The notes below the pieces were generated by a model. The model was given only the letters and a program-made list of their open reading frames with translations, was not told the DNA's origin and made no database searches. A stretch of DNA of 64,000 nucleotides, from positions 857,235 through 921,234 of the forward strand of contig NMRA01000052.1 in the NCBI GenBank assembly GCA_002633005.1, read 5' to 3'. A program made the translations under genes and the position numbers. The stretch's first letter is position 1, and every line of letters begins with the position of its first letter. This document shows, one piece after another, positions 24,457 through 36,430 of this stretch. The DNA is from Phoronis australis (taxonomy: Eukaryota; Animalia; Phoronida).

Positions 24457-25761
24457 AACTAGAAAGATTATTGTCATGGCGTGACAATAACGGACTCTGC
24501 GCGTGCGTATTACAGCAACCCGTTTACCAATATGAAAAGGAATTCTTTAAAATTGTAGGAGAAATTACTTACTAATTTTTTTGATGACCTTTCCACTAAT
24601 TGACCTCTTCCGGTGCATTATGAGCCCCGATGAGGGAGAAATTGTTAACTCGATTAAAAGTGTGGTTAATGCTAATAATCACAGATGTTTTACTTTAAGC
24701 ACTTCAGAATAAAAGATGAATGAAGCGGTCAAACTTTCAAAAGAAAAATGCACCTAATGACCCCATGGGTGCACCAAATGACCTGAAAATTTAGAATTCA
24801 AACTCAATCGCACTTAGTAAACAGATACGTAATTCTGAAGTCTATAGCTCAAAATTTTACTTTGCACTCAATGACCTTTGACCTATTTTTCTGATTGGTT
24901 AGGCCTATTGCAAAGTAAAGTAAGGTATTCAATTGGCATGTTGACTTACACCAGCTTTCTGAAATTGAAAAGAGTTCCTTGAAGAACGTAAGACATATAA
25001 CATTTTGAACGTTACATGACCTTTGCACTAATTGACCTTATCCGGTGCATTTTAAGCATCTTTAGGAGAATTATTGCAAAGCCCATGGAAAATGTGTTTA
25101 ACGCTGAGAATTACAGTTGTCTAACGGATGACACATCAGAATACTTGCTGATTGAAAAGGTCAAATTTTCAGAAGAAAAGTGCACCTAATGACCCCATGT
25201 TTGCACTAAATGACCTGAAACTTTGGATTCCGATTTGATTTACCTGTGGCAATCAGACCTGTCAATTTGAAGTGTCTAGCTCAAAATTTTAGTTTGCACC
25301 TAATGACCTTTGACCTATTTCACCTGATTGGATGACCCGATTACTTAGAAAAGTAATTTTTTAAATTGCCTTATTGACTTATACCTGTGCACCGAATTTG
25401 AAAAGAATAGCTTTAAAAATGAAGAGTAGCATTTTAAAAATTACATGACCTTTGCACCAAATGACCTCTTCCGGTGCAATATGGAATATGATTATATAAC
25501 CAATCAAAATTTATATACTGTCAAAAGTCATATGCTGAATTTAAAGACCGTACCTGCACCCAATTTGGAGTTATTAAGCCTCAAAGTTGGTCGGAAGAAG
25601 AATAAGAAGAAGAATAAAATTGAAGAAAACCCAGGGACAACAGTACTCTGCGCTTACACGCGCAGAGTAACAAGAAGAATACGAAGAATAAGAATAAGAA
25701 TAAGAATAAAATTGAAGAAAACCCAGGAACAACAGTACTCTGCGCTTACACGCGCAGAGTA
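24457..25761. mobile_element. Helentron-associated (HINE/DINE-like) element with internal ~430-bp tandem cores
   Basis: Starts aactagaa, has sub-terminal actctgcgc at ~24494, and core repeats 'atgacctt..gcac..a.tgacct.ttccggtgca' at ~24584, 25016 and 25445. An (AAGAAT)n microsatellite precedes the terminal hairpin actctgcgc-ttacac-gcgcagagt, which is present twice. Confidence 0.7.
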
Positions 25762-26492
25762 AAAAAGCACCAGTTACGTGACCCAAATCTACTACGCCTC
25801 AGCGTGGAAAGTTTTAGTTACGGCCGCCATGAACGGTTGGACTGTGCATAGGCTTTCATGTTGACGCAATTTCAGGATTTTTGTTGGGAGGCGAATGCTC
25901 GGCTGACGAATCTTCCGGGTTTGACGTTAATTTCCTTTACATTTCTTCGAAATGCTCTCTTTTGGACAGAAAGAAAACTTGCCATTGACTAAAATTCTCC
26001 TTTTGTTCGTTAATTATTTTCGAAATTCCAAAATAGTCAAGTTGCAGATCGGAAGTCTTCGAAAGCGCTCAAGAATAACCTAATGAGATGTTATTCAACT
26101 CAATTTTGGTACAAAATCCATTAGCAATTTGAACGTGACTCGATTGCCGTATTCTTCACTCGAGACCCAATATTTACCTTGTGCATTGATCAGCACGTGA
26201 ACTAGAAGCAGAAGACTGTCTTACCATCAGTTCACCGTCACATGTTGGACAGATTTCCACTCTTGTATTGGCCATTCTCTCAGTCCTTACAAAGAATTAC
26301 ACAACGCGTATGGGATAAAACGACTACATCATTAAATACAGACGTGAAGATTCCAGCCGTTGAAATTACTATATCTCGTAAGAACTTATTAATTTAAACG
26401 TTTGATGGAACTGTGCTCAACCGTCATCTTTGGTCTCCAACTGTCCTTCCTTTAACCAAGACCATCTCTAGTAAGCAGGACAACAGAGTTGA

Positions 26493-28700
26493 TCAGGCTC
26501 TGTCTGACGGTTGTTGATGGTATTGTTGCTGGTGCTTCAACCAAATCCAACAAGATGCCCGTTCAGCTTCAATGGCCACGTCGCGTAGAAAAGCCTTCTT
26601 TCCTGTCACAGTGACGCCTAGAGATCTCGCCACAGTAGCGACTGAACTGGCCGGAAAACCCCGGCAGCCAACATTCACAGAAAAATTCCAACACCTCCAG
26701 CCGTTTACGAGGCAGTCATTCTTCAGGTCTGCATACTTCCGATTCTTCCGCTCCTGTGCCTCTTCCACCCCACGGAATGGCGAGTTCCATCAGGATCACC
26801 TGGTGGAAACTGCCCAAGTAAATGATCAAATCAGGGCCTGGGTAGCCTGGACAAAGTACTGTGGGAAGGATGACTGGTAACTGGCGAGATCATCCCACAC
26901 TTTCCAGTCGGTGGCTGTGTGTAGGATGCCTTTCGTGCTGGGGTCTTTCTCTTACTTGCCTCATCACCACTTCTGAAACCAATGAATTCAATCCGGTGGC
27001 TTCGCTACCTTTGTTTGTACTTGACTTCGTCAACCGACACCCTTGCGAAAACTTTCAGTTCCTGGCTGTGTCAGTAGGTGTACCTTCGTGATGCCAAAGA
27101 TGCGCTGCAAGATGATAGAGTGTGTTCTAAAGTACATCTGCGTCCACACTGAATACTGCTCGGCTTGTCAGTATGGCCCCAAATAGCGAGGTTTCTGGGT
27201 GTAGAAAGTGCATCATAAACATATCTGATGAGGAATTTTGCTTTCAGAGGAGACATCTTCCACAATCAGCCCACTTGATTTCCCTTTGCAAGACTTTGTC
27301 CCAATTTGCCAATGCCCCCTTCTGGGCCCTCTGGACTGCTTGGACATACCTTTCTTTGTTCTCTGACAATCTAACTTCCCTGATTATTCTATCTCTGTCT
27401 GGGTCTTAAGATCTTTTGCTTGCTGGCTTCCCGGTCTTGTAGCACAGTCCTTGCCTACCGTGGCAAGCTGTTCCTATTAATTGCTCTTGTCTCAGCTTAC
27501 TCTCTGCTTCGCTGTTCGCCGACGTGGTGGACCAATTTCTGACTTCATCTAGCTTCAGACCTTTCCTCTCAAACTGGGCTCTCTTCATCAAGATGTTCAT
27601 TACCATAATAAACAGGATCACTGAAACGGTGCAGCCTATCATAATTCCTTTATCTAGGTGTTGCATTCCGGAGTGAAGTGCCGACCGTAAAACGCATCAC
27701 GCAGGAGTTGCGGTACGACTTTACTATACTCTTGACTTTCTCGGGAATGTGGTAGATGCCCATGGCACGATAAACTAACACATGTGGTACCGAACCGTAC
27801 GCATTTGCCATGTCGAGCCACACCATAGAAGTTTCTTCTTGCCTTTCCTCGCTCGATGTATGAGTTCACTTGTCACGGAATTATGCTCCAGGCATCCTGA
27901 AAAGCCTGGTATCCTGCCTTTCTATGAGGACGTGTAAATATACCTATTCAGTAATTCTGCCGGATATGATGGCTAAGTAGACCTTTCGCTCCACGTTGAG
28001 CTGAGAAATGGGTCGAAACTGGTTAATCTGCTTCAAGGCCTCTTCTTTCGGAGGAACTCCTTCAGCTTGCCCTCACTTTGCTGGAACTACGTCTTTCCTA
28101 CGGAGAATCTTAAACAGCTTCCAGAGTCTTTCTCGCAACTTGGGTCACTTCTTACAGACCTTGTAGGAAATTCCGCTTGGACCAGGCGCTGAACTCGATT
28201 GGGCTTTCTTCACAGTGCTGTCAACTTCTTAATGTCCCCCAAATCGAAATCTTCATATGGCAAATCTTCATCTGGCAAATCTTCAGCCTCTAGACCTGGA
28301 AAATCGTCAAGGGGAGTATATTTCAACTCATCGCTGTGTACTTTGGCGAAGTGATCCTCCAAGTCTCTCTGGTTTCAGGTAAGTGTTCTTGCTCTTGCCT
28401 AAAAGCCGTGAAGCGTACTGGTAGGGATAATTCTAATGAATTTTTCCCTCTGCTTTGACCGTTTCTTCCTATTTTGAGCACCTCATTTTGCCTTGGGGAG
28501 GGACAATAATAGCGTGCGGGCCTCAGATGTCAGGTGAGAAACAATTCTTATCATAGCCTCCATCTTCGTCTCTGCTGAACCACGAAGAGTGGCACGTAAG
28601 ACACTATCCAGGTCATCGTCAAAGGCTGACCACGCCTTCTTATCTGCTGCTGATGGCCACTTGATTCGATCCTTCTTTGCAGTATCTGGTGGACCTGCTG
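26493..28700 (-). mobile_element. Decayed Hero-like (RLE-type) non-LTR retrotransposon
   Basis: - strand fragments: RT 'QHLDKGIMIGCTVSVILFIMVMN', zinc-knuckle region 'KFLIRYVYDALSTPRNLAIWG...CGRRCTLEHTLSSC' and restriction-like endonuclease 'EEAQERKNRKYADL...GWRC...VNVGCRGF'. Many stops and frameshifts. Confidence 0.85.
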
Positions 28701-28768
28701 AACTGACTGAGACTCTAATAATCTAAAATAATCGTTGAGATTAAGTATACAAGAGGTCCAGAAACATT

Positions 28769-29003
28769 AAAAAAATAATTGTAAGCGATCTGGCACACCT
28801 TGTACCAGACTTGCGCAGGTCGCTCAGGTGGGCCTACGGCAATGATTACGTGTTACCATTTTTGTGCTTTATTAATATATAGGTAAAATCGAACTGTAGA
28901 GCTGACTCAAGGGTCTAGCAGTGTGCCCAAGTTTAACTCAAACCCAGGAACTTGAGTAAAGAAAGCACCGTTCACCTATCACACTAGGCCACACTGGCTC
29001 CTC
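28769..29003 (-). mobile_element. tRNA-derived SINE (same family as 361-597)
   Basis: Colinear similarity to 361-597. 12-bp TSD tccagaaacatt at 28757-28768 and 29004-29015. Confidence 0.85.
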
Positions 29004-30437
29004 TCCAGAAACATTGGTCACGTGACATGTCTACCAGACGTACTGAGTAACAATGAGCACACTAAAAATCGTTGACTGTAAACGTTTCCTCACCAAAGTA
29101 CGCCATCATTATTCTTGTACAAAGTGTTTGAGTTTGCCAACTACAAAAAGCTGAAACAACGCAACGAAGGCATTTCGTACAAGATGCAAAAAACTACCAA
29201 TGAGAAAAGTTTTATTTGCAGAAAAATGTGAGGAAACTTAGAACCAGAGTCTAATCGTTTTACTCGAAATCGAACACGAAAATATTTTTGGCACTTTCTA
29301 CTCTACTTTTGTGCGAACACGTACAAGATAGCTGGCTTTTAGTGTGTGCTCGACTACATTATGGTTCTGCATATGAGTTTCATGAGTTCAGGTTTGCACT
29401 TGATGATTCATATAAGAACTAGAAATTTCCAATTCAGACTCGAACTTTTAGCCTTGATGCTGGGGTCATCAACTGGGGTCATCAAGTGCAATCTTGGCAG
29501 TTGTCCACGTAAGCTAGTATTCACTCAAGCCTAAAACAATACTTAGACACTTACTTGATTTCGCACAAAGGTAGAACAGAAAATTTCGAAAATAATTTTA
29601 ACTTCGATTTCCAACAAAAAGTTTAACCTGAATATAACGATATCTCCAATGACATCCAGGTTAAATATCGGACTACACAGGAGGTCTCTGGCTGGCAGGC
29701 TTGCAAACTTATCTTTATTCGCAATTAGTCGAAAAGGTTTACATCCAAATTTGAAGTAAGTTGTTCTATTTAACCGCTGTCACGGTAATCTATCTAGAAT
29801 TTCTTTTTAAAAAGGTTATGATAATGGCAGGAAGATTTTGTGGACAACTTGGACTACAAGGTTTGTTTAAATATGTCAAGTGATAGATATTAGAGAGACA
29901 TTTTTTTGTCAAAGACTTGTCCTTGGGCCACCCAAACATACTCAAACAGTTTCCAATACTCGTATGTTTTGAACAGCCTACTGAGATCCAAATTCGTTGT
30001 TGTATCTAGGAATCACGTCGGAAAATATCGCATTCACGGATACTTACTAACTTTCTGCCGTCGGGGTTGCAGCCCACAGAACAGCAGAAAAATTAACGTA
30101 CACCAGCAAATAACACGAGAAACTCCAATGGCGCGAGAATGATGCCAGAGAACGTGCTTGACGAATGTTACATCGTTTTAAGTAAATAGCGAGATATTCA
30201 AATGCCGCTGTGTAGTCCTGTTAATTGCAGGTATACGTTACGTAATTTAAGATGAATTTACGGTGGTTGCTTCGTGGAACGGGCTCATCTGGATAAAAAA
30301 TTGGCAATATGCCACAAATTTTCCCGTATTACCCGAAGCCTGAGCGTACCACGCCATTCTATCAATTTTTTTTAGTTACGTTTCGAATTAATACTGACAG
30401 GTGCGGATTTAGCAATTTTTAGTTGGGAGCAGGAAAC

Positions 30438-30680
30438 CTGTGGTCCGTTCCAAGAAAACTGATTTAACTAAAGACAAATCTTAAATTTCAGGCAATTTTA
30501 AGTCAATTAAAACTTAAATTTGTCTCAAGTCCGCTTCAAGTATGAGATCTTAAATTTGACTTAAGTTTTTGACTCGCGTTTTGTCTTACCGGATATGGAA
30601 GATTGACAATTTGGACGTTGAGACAAATCTTAGACTTAAGTAAAAATAATCTCAGGTCAGTTCCTTGGAACAGGCTCCTG
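30438..30680. mobile_element. Palindromic MITE-like repeat
   Basis: Inverted ends gttccaagaaaactga...tcagttccttggaac. Internal ttaag/cttaa-rich sequence resembles ~8580-8780 and ~17470-17600. Confidence 0.5.
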
Positions 30681-33600
30681 AACTGTATTGTATATTACGA
30701 AAGCCACTATGAGAAAGACGTTTTGGGTGACGTATGTTTAAGGTAACTGCATATCTTCGTTACTAATGAACACATTGCAATATACCATTTTAAATACTAA
30801 TTTTGATCAGGTAGTGAAATTGCTTCTTTTTGAAAAGCGTGTCACGTACGGAGGTTTATTGTCACGTTATTTTTGTCTAAAATCACGCAAAGCGACGTGA
30901 CTTTCGCAGACGTGAAAATGTTTGCACCCGCATTGACATTAGACAATTTTGTTTCCGTATTTTGTAAGGTAAAAAGCATCTCCGACTTCATTTCTACTCC
31001 TTTTAGTCCTCTCGAAAATAATGGTTTTAAGTGCTGAAAAAGGTGGACTAACTGCATGTTCTCCTTCTCAGGCGGTTATTGAAAAGGGAAAATGGGGTGA
31101 CGGAAGGGTACACAGGGTTTTAGGACTATCACGAATATCTGTTCGTTGAACGATGTAGTTGAGTGACCCCTATTCCGTCGAGATATCCTGGATTAATCCG
31201 ATAGAAGAAAATTGGTATTTAAAAAGGTCATTGAAAAAACGACTACAGGTGGCAGTTGCGTTGAAGCGATTGTACGTGTGAAGATTCTCCTTAAGCCATC
31301 AAACAAGCAAACGTCTAGTAACTTATTTCGATTCACAAAGAATAAACATATGACACGCCTTCCATCACAAAATCAACCTTTGATTTACATTCCCGTTACG
31401 AAATTGGTCGGAAGAGATTCAGGGATTCGAAAATACTCGTTATTTTTCGGTACTAGGCGTCAGGTGCCACGGCGTGTCATTGTACTCGAAAAGCATTGTT
31501 TCACGGAATAACACACTTTCATTCCCTTGCAAATCCAGAAATCATTTTTCAGCCGAGTAAAAATGCAAGCCGAAGCCAATTTTGTAACGGTAAGTGGTCT
31601 AAAAGCAGTGGCGGATCTAGGATATCACAAAGGGGGTCACCATTTTGTCTGTAAACATTTGCTCAAAGCACGATTGTAGATGCGCATAGCACCGAATGAG
31701 GGGAACCCCCCTCCCGCCCAGGAAATTTTTCTGTTTTTTCCTCTAAAAATCAAGCATTTTCCTTGATTCCCGAAGTATTATCCAAGAAAATAAGGCAAAA
31801 AAACACGGAGAAAGTGTCAAACAGGAAACATTGCAAGTACCACAGACTCGAACTCGCGACCTGCACCACCACGATTTAACTCCTACTTAGATACTAAGAG
31901 ACCTACTTGTTTATGGTCCACAGCGTTTGCGCGCGAAACCTCCTTCTTTTTGTAATGCTTATTACATGTTTCATATTTTGTGCAATCAGTTCGTAACAAA
32001 TTTGTTGTATTTAAAATAGTCTTCAATTGCCCAAAAGACCAAATCCGTTTTTTGTCTTGGCAATAATGACGCGAGTGCTTTGGAAATCGTCTTAAGTTAA
32101 GGTTTGGCAAAGAGAGAATTATTAGTTCCTGAGTGATTCACTAAGGCTTCGATTAAAATTGACATCATACCAGCAGCTTCCGTTTTTTCATCGTTTTTTC
32201 AGCGCCACTGCCGGTCGCCTGGGATATCGCGATAGAGCCTATAGTTCCGTTACGATTTCGCCGTGTTCCGAATTTGACACTAAAACACTAAAACTGCACG
32301 CATTCAAAACTTGTTTCAGCCGTATAATTTTAATTACCGGGGTTAATTAATAAACTCAACATTTCCCTAGGCTCTTGCTGTTTTATTTTTTTTTCGGTAG
32401 CCCCTAAATCCTCCTATGAAAAGAAAAGCTCGCTTCTTGGACGGAAAGCAGGTTAAAGACGCTTTAGTGTAATGCAATGAAAATGTGTGTATTTTGTAGG
32501 AAACGCTTTTATCACCAGCACATTGATTTTCAAGTCTCGATGTATCCACTTAGCCAAGACTGGCATGGCCACTCTGGCCTCCCTCTAAATTGACCCGCCA
32601 CCTGACTGAGATAAAATGAATCACGGAAATACTCTTGTTATAACAATAATCTGTATTTTTCACATAAAATTGTCAACACAAAAATACAAACATATTACCT
32701 GGTACGGAAAAATAATCCCTTGTAAAGACCGAGATATTTCAAATTATTTGTAATGAACGTGGTAAACATCTAAAAGCAGACAATAGAAGTCCAGTAAAAA
32801 CAATACGAAGTAATCCCTAAATAGCCAGTTTGTATAGGAGAAAGGGTAACCGCACCTCATAGCTCTACAGTATATAGCTGCTTCGCTTGTTTCACCGTAT
32901 ATGTGCGTATTTCAGCTCACCCACCTATATTTGAAGCTGCGTCATTTGAGTAAAATCAAGTTTGAAAGTAATGCCCCAGATATAGGAACATCCCAGTTAT
33001 TGTTAAACATTGTATAGCTATTTGGAAAGTGGAATCTAGGGAATTACCTTGCCACCTCCATGAAAAATTTAGTTAGTTTGCAATGTGATACTTCAAACAT
33101 TTTTACAACTGATAACTGTTGACATTTTACACTTTTATTGGGAAGGTTAATAAAACGGCTTAAGTCAATCAAACAGTTCTTTAATTTGCTTCTAAACACT
33201 ATACATTTTTCAAGCCTGTTTCATTAAAAGTATACCAAACCCGCCCCCTGTTCAGTAACACTAGGACCTCGCTAAAAAGCAGGACTTCGGGAGAATACTT
33301 GAGATATTGCCATCTATTTTAAGTGAGAACACGTGACTTTAGCCAGATTTTAGCCAGGTCCTAGCGTTACTGAACGAACGCCCGGTTTTGTCGTATTAAC
33401 AGATACTAAAAACGACTTTCCCATCCAGTCCCCTGAAACAAAATAAAGCTCTGCAAACTTCGACAATCCTCAAAACTTTGGAGGAAATTTGAAAACTTCT
33501 TTCAAAGTCTGCCACAAGGGCAAGCATAACCTACGCTTTTATTAGCGAATTACACGGCAACCTGTGTGGGAAAAGACCACGCACCAAGGACCGTAATATC

Positions 33601-35293
33601 TAATTTGTGAGATAAGGAATATGAGATTTTAGTTGATTTCTTTTTTTATCGTCCAAGATTGACGCCAATAAAGGATTAGCTGGTGACAGAACGAGAATTG
33701 GTTGAAATCATCAAAACCGGTTAAGTATCCTACTAATAATGATCCAATATTCCATCCTTCTGTAACATGAAAACATGAAAACCAATTTTGCAACAGCAAG
33801 TCATGGAACAGAAAAGTTACCTGTTATTCCTACTAGAGACATTAAAGTTCACAAGTGAGAGAGAGACAGTGATCTTGTATAACAAGTAGGATGTTGTCAA
33901 AACAAGTCGAAGACAGGATTATGTGCATTTGTGGAGAACAACTGCACTGTGCCTGTATCCACAGTAAGGTGCGTTACTCGCTGCTCAAAGGACACTCACC
34001 TGTACATATAAGTGAATTTTATGTGAATGTGCTTATCCATGAAAAACTTCTGAATCAATAAACAATTTTCTATTTTGAATATAAGCGCATGAACCTACAC
34101 ACATGTACATACAGGAAGTTGTTTTCCAAAATTTAAAAGTGCTGCATATCTGTCTCTCACATTGGCTGAGAAAAATACATACGGGGTATTTTGAAATGGC
34201 CACAAACCATTTTTATTCAAAACATCTCTAGCACTTGCTTCACCTTATGTCCATTGTTAGCTCAGGCATTTCCATTTCTTTAAAACGAACGATGAAATGC
34301 AATTACAGATCCAAATTTTCAAATTAAAAAAGACCACAAGACAACAGTCTTCCAAGGAATTACATAGGTAACAAAAGCTGTTATGTTTAAAGTCACATAT
34401 AGTGCCATTTTTAAAAAACGTTGTTTGGCGTCCATGTTTTGGGGTCAGAGAACCTTTGTTTGGCTCAGTAATTCTGCAACATGTTGTCTCTATAATGACA
34501 CATGATGGCACAATGGAGTGACATTACAGAGGTGCTTCACTACCACTCACTTGATTTATTCCAGTTTGTAATTTTGGTTTGACCTAATTAGTGTGGCGCC
34601 AAGTGGAACTTCAAACCTCATTAAAAAATCAAATTGTTATAAATAAAATAAGTTGATGCAAACCTAGCCACATAGGCAATCAATGAACTACATTCACAGT
34701 GTTACTGTGTACATTCAAGGATGCTAACACGCCATCTCAAAAAAACATCTAAATGGGACTTCATAAACCAATCGCATGTTTTGAGGCCAACTTAGAAACC
34801 AACATGAAGGAAAGTTGGCAGTGATTTGAGGTGGTTGTTAACTTTCAAAAAAAAACAACTTTTGATTTAGACTACATAAAATTGGTATCAACTCAGTAAT
34901 TGTTTCTTAGTTGGTAAAATTAGCGATCATTTCTGCACTTGAAAGGAACTGACAGTTCATCATTGCTTGAGATCATGTGCTGTACAAGTGTACTTGTCAT
35001 GACGTGACATTTTATTTGCTTAGCATGGTTTCAAGTAATAACCAGCGACGGTTCTTTGCAAGACGAAAAACCAGCTTTCACCTGAATGAAGAAGAAGTTG
35101 AGAGCAATTTCACAACTATGGTACGTGGCCTGAATCAAGTTAGTTTACTAACAGAATACCGGTTTGTAATTCCTCTAACTGCGTTTGGTTGGTGGTTTAG
35201 GAAAATCTGTGAAGTTAGTTGATGACGTCAACGGTAAATGCTGCGAAGTTGCGACGGACAAACTCGGCAATTTCTATTGGGTGTCTGTCACGT

Positions 35294-36398
35294 CTAGTAG
35301 TAAAATACTCCAAAGGCTGCAGCCACGCAGAAAAGGGAGTCCTGCACATAAAGAAACACAACACTTAAAACAAGTGATATAAATTTTGCACTCTTGTGCA
35401 CACTTACGGTATGTTCCATATCATAACTCACATACCATTGCCTCTATTGTCAATAGGATTCTGCATGCACTTGCTTGTATTCAATGAGGATCAAGAAATA
35501 AGAATTGTTTCATTGAACATTAACTTACATTGAGATCAAAATTAGCTAATCTCATCGTGTCATCATTACCACATAATATCACACTCATAGGTTCTGATGC
35601 ACCTTGAGGTTTTCTGACATGTGTTTGTCACTCAAAAACTCCAATGCCACATCCCCACATCTCCAATTTTGAACAAAATCACGACAGTAAATTGGTTATT
35701 TTGGTAAAAAAGTTACCAAAATGATTATTTTTCTATCTTTCAAAAGACTGACTCTTGTGCTGCAAATATTCAAATTTTCACAAAGTTTTGTCTACATCCT
35801 AAACTATGCTAATAACAGATTAGAAATTATGGTTGAGAGATTTGACAACGATAAAATTACATTTTTGTCTGCCATACTGTGTGTTGAAGAATTATCACGT
35901 CCAATGAAAATTTTCTAGAATTCAGTGTATGCAGGCAACAGTTTGCTTAAATTGACATCTTTAATGCACAAAATTGGTTCAACAGCCAAAAATGCATATT
36001 TGTGATTATTGCTGAGTGGGATAAACTTCTTGAAGTTATTAGCTTTGACTGGAGCTATAAAACAACAAAATCCATTGTTTTTGTGATTTTATTGCAAATC
36101 AATACATTCTCTCGTAGTCTGCCAGCCATTGGCTGAAATCGAGGCTAGTGTCTTTACCAATTCAATATGTTCAAAATTTTGTGATTGCGGATGTGATTAA
36201 GCGCTGATGCCGATTTCAGAAAATAACTTTTCTCATCAGTAATGTCCCTCCCAAAGACTATTCGAAGGATTGCTACAAAATAGTCTGAAAACATCTCTTT
36301 AATATTACTCCTAGCTCACAAACATTTTAAGTCTAGTCTGCACGCCACCTATTGGCCCAAGATTTACATTTTTATATGTAAATGTGTATGTGTATGTG

Positions 36399-36430
<32 letters not shown>

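Noticed and set aside
30040-30150. Hydrophobic, signal-peptide-like stretch ending at a gtaagt donor on the - strand
   Set aside because: No in-frame ATG or compatible neighbouring exons were found.
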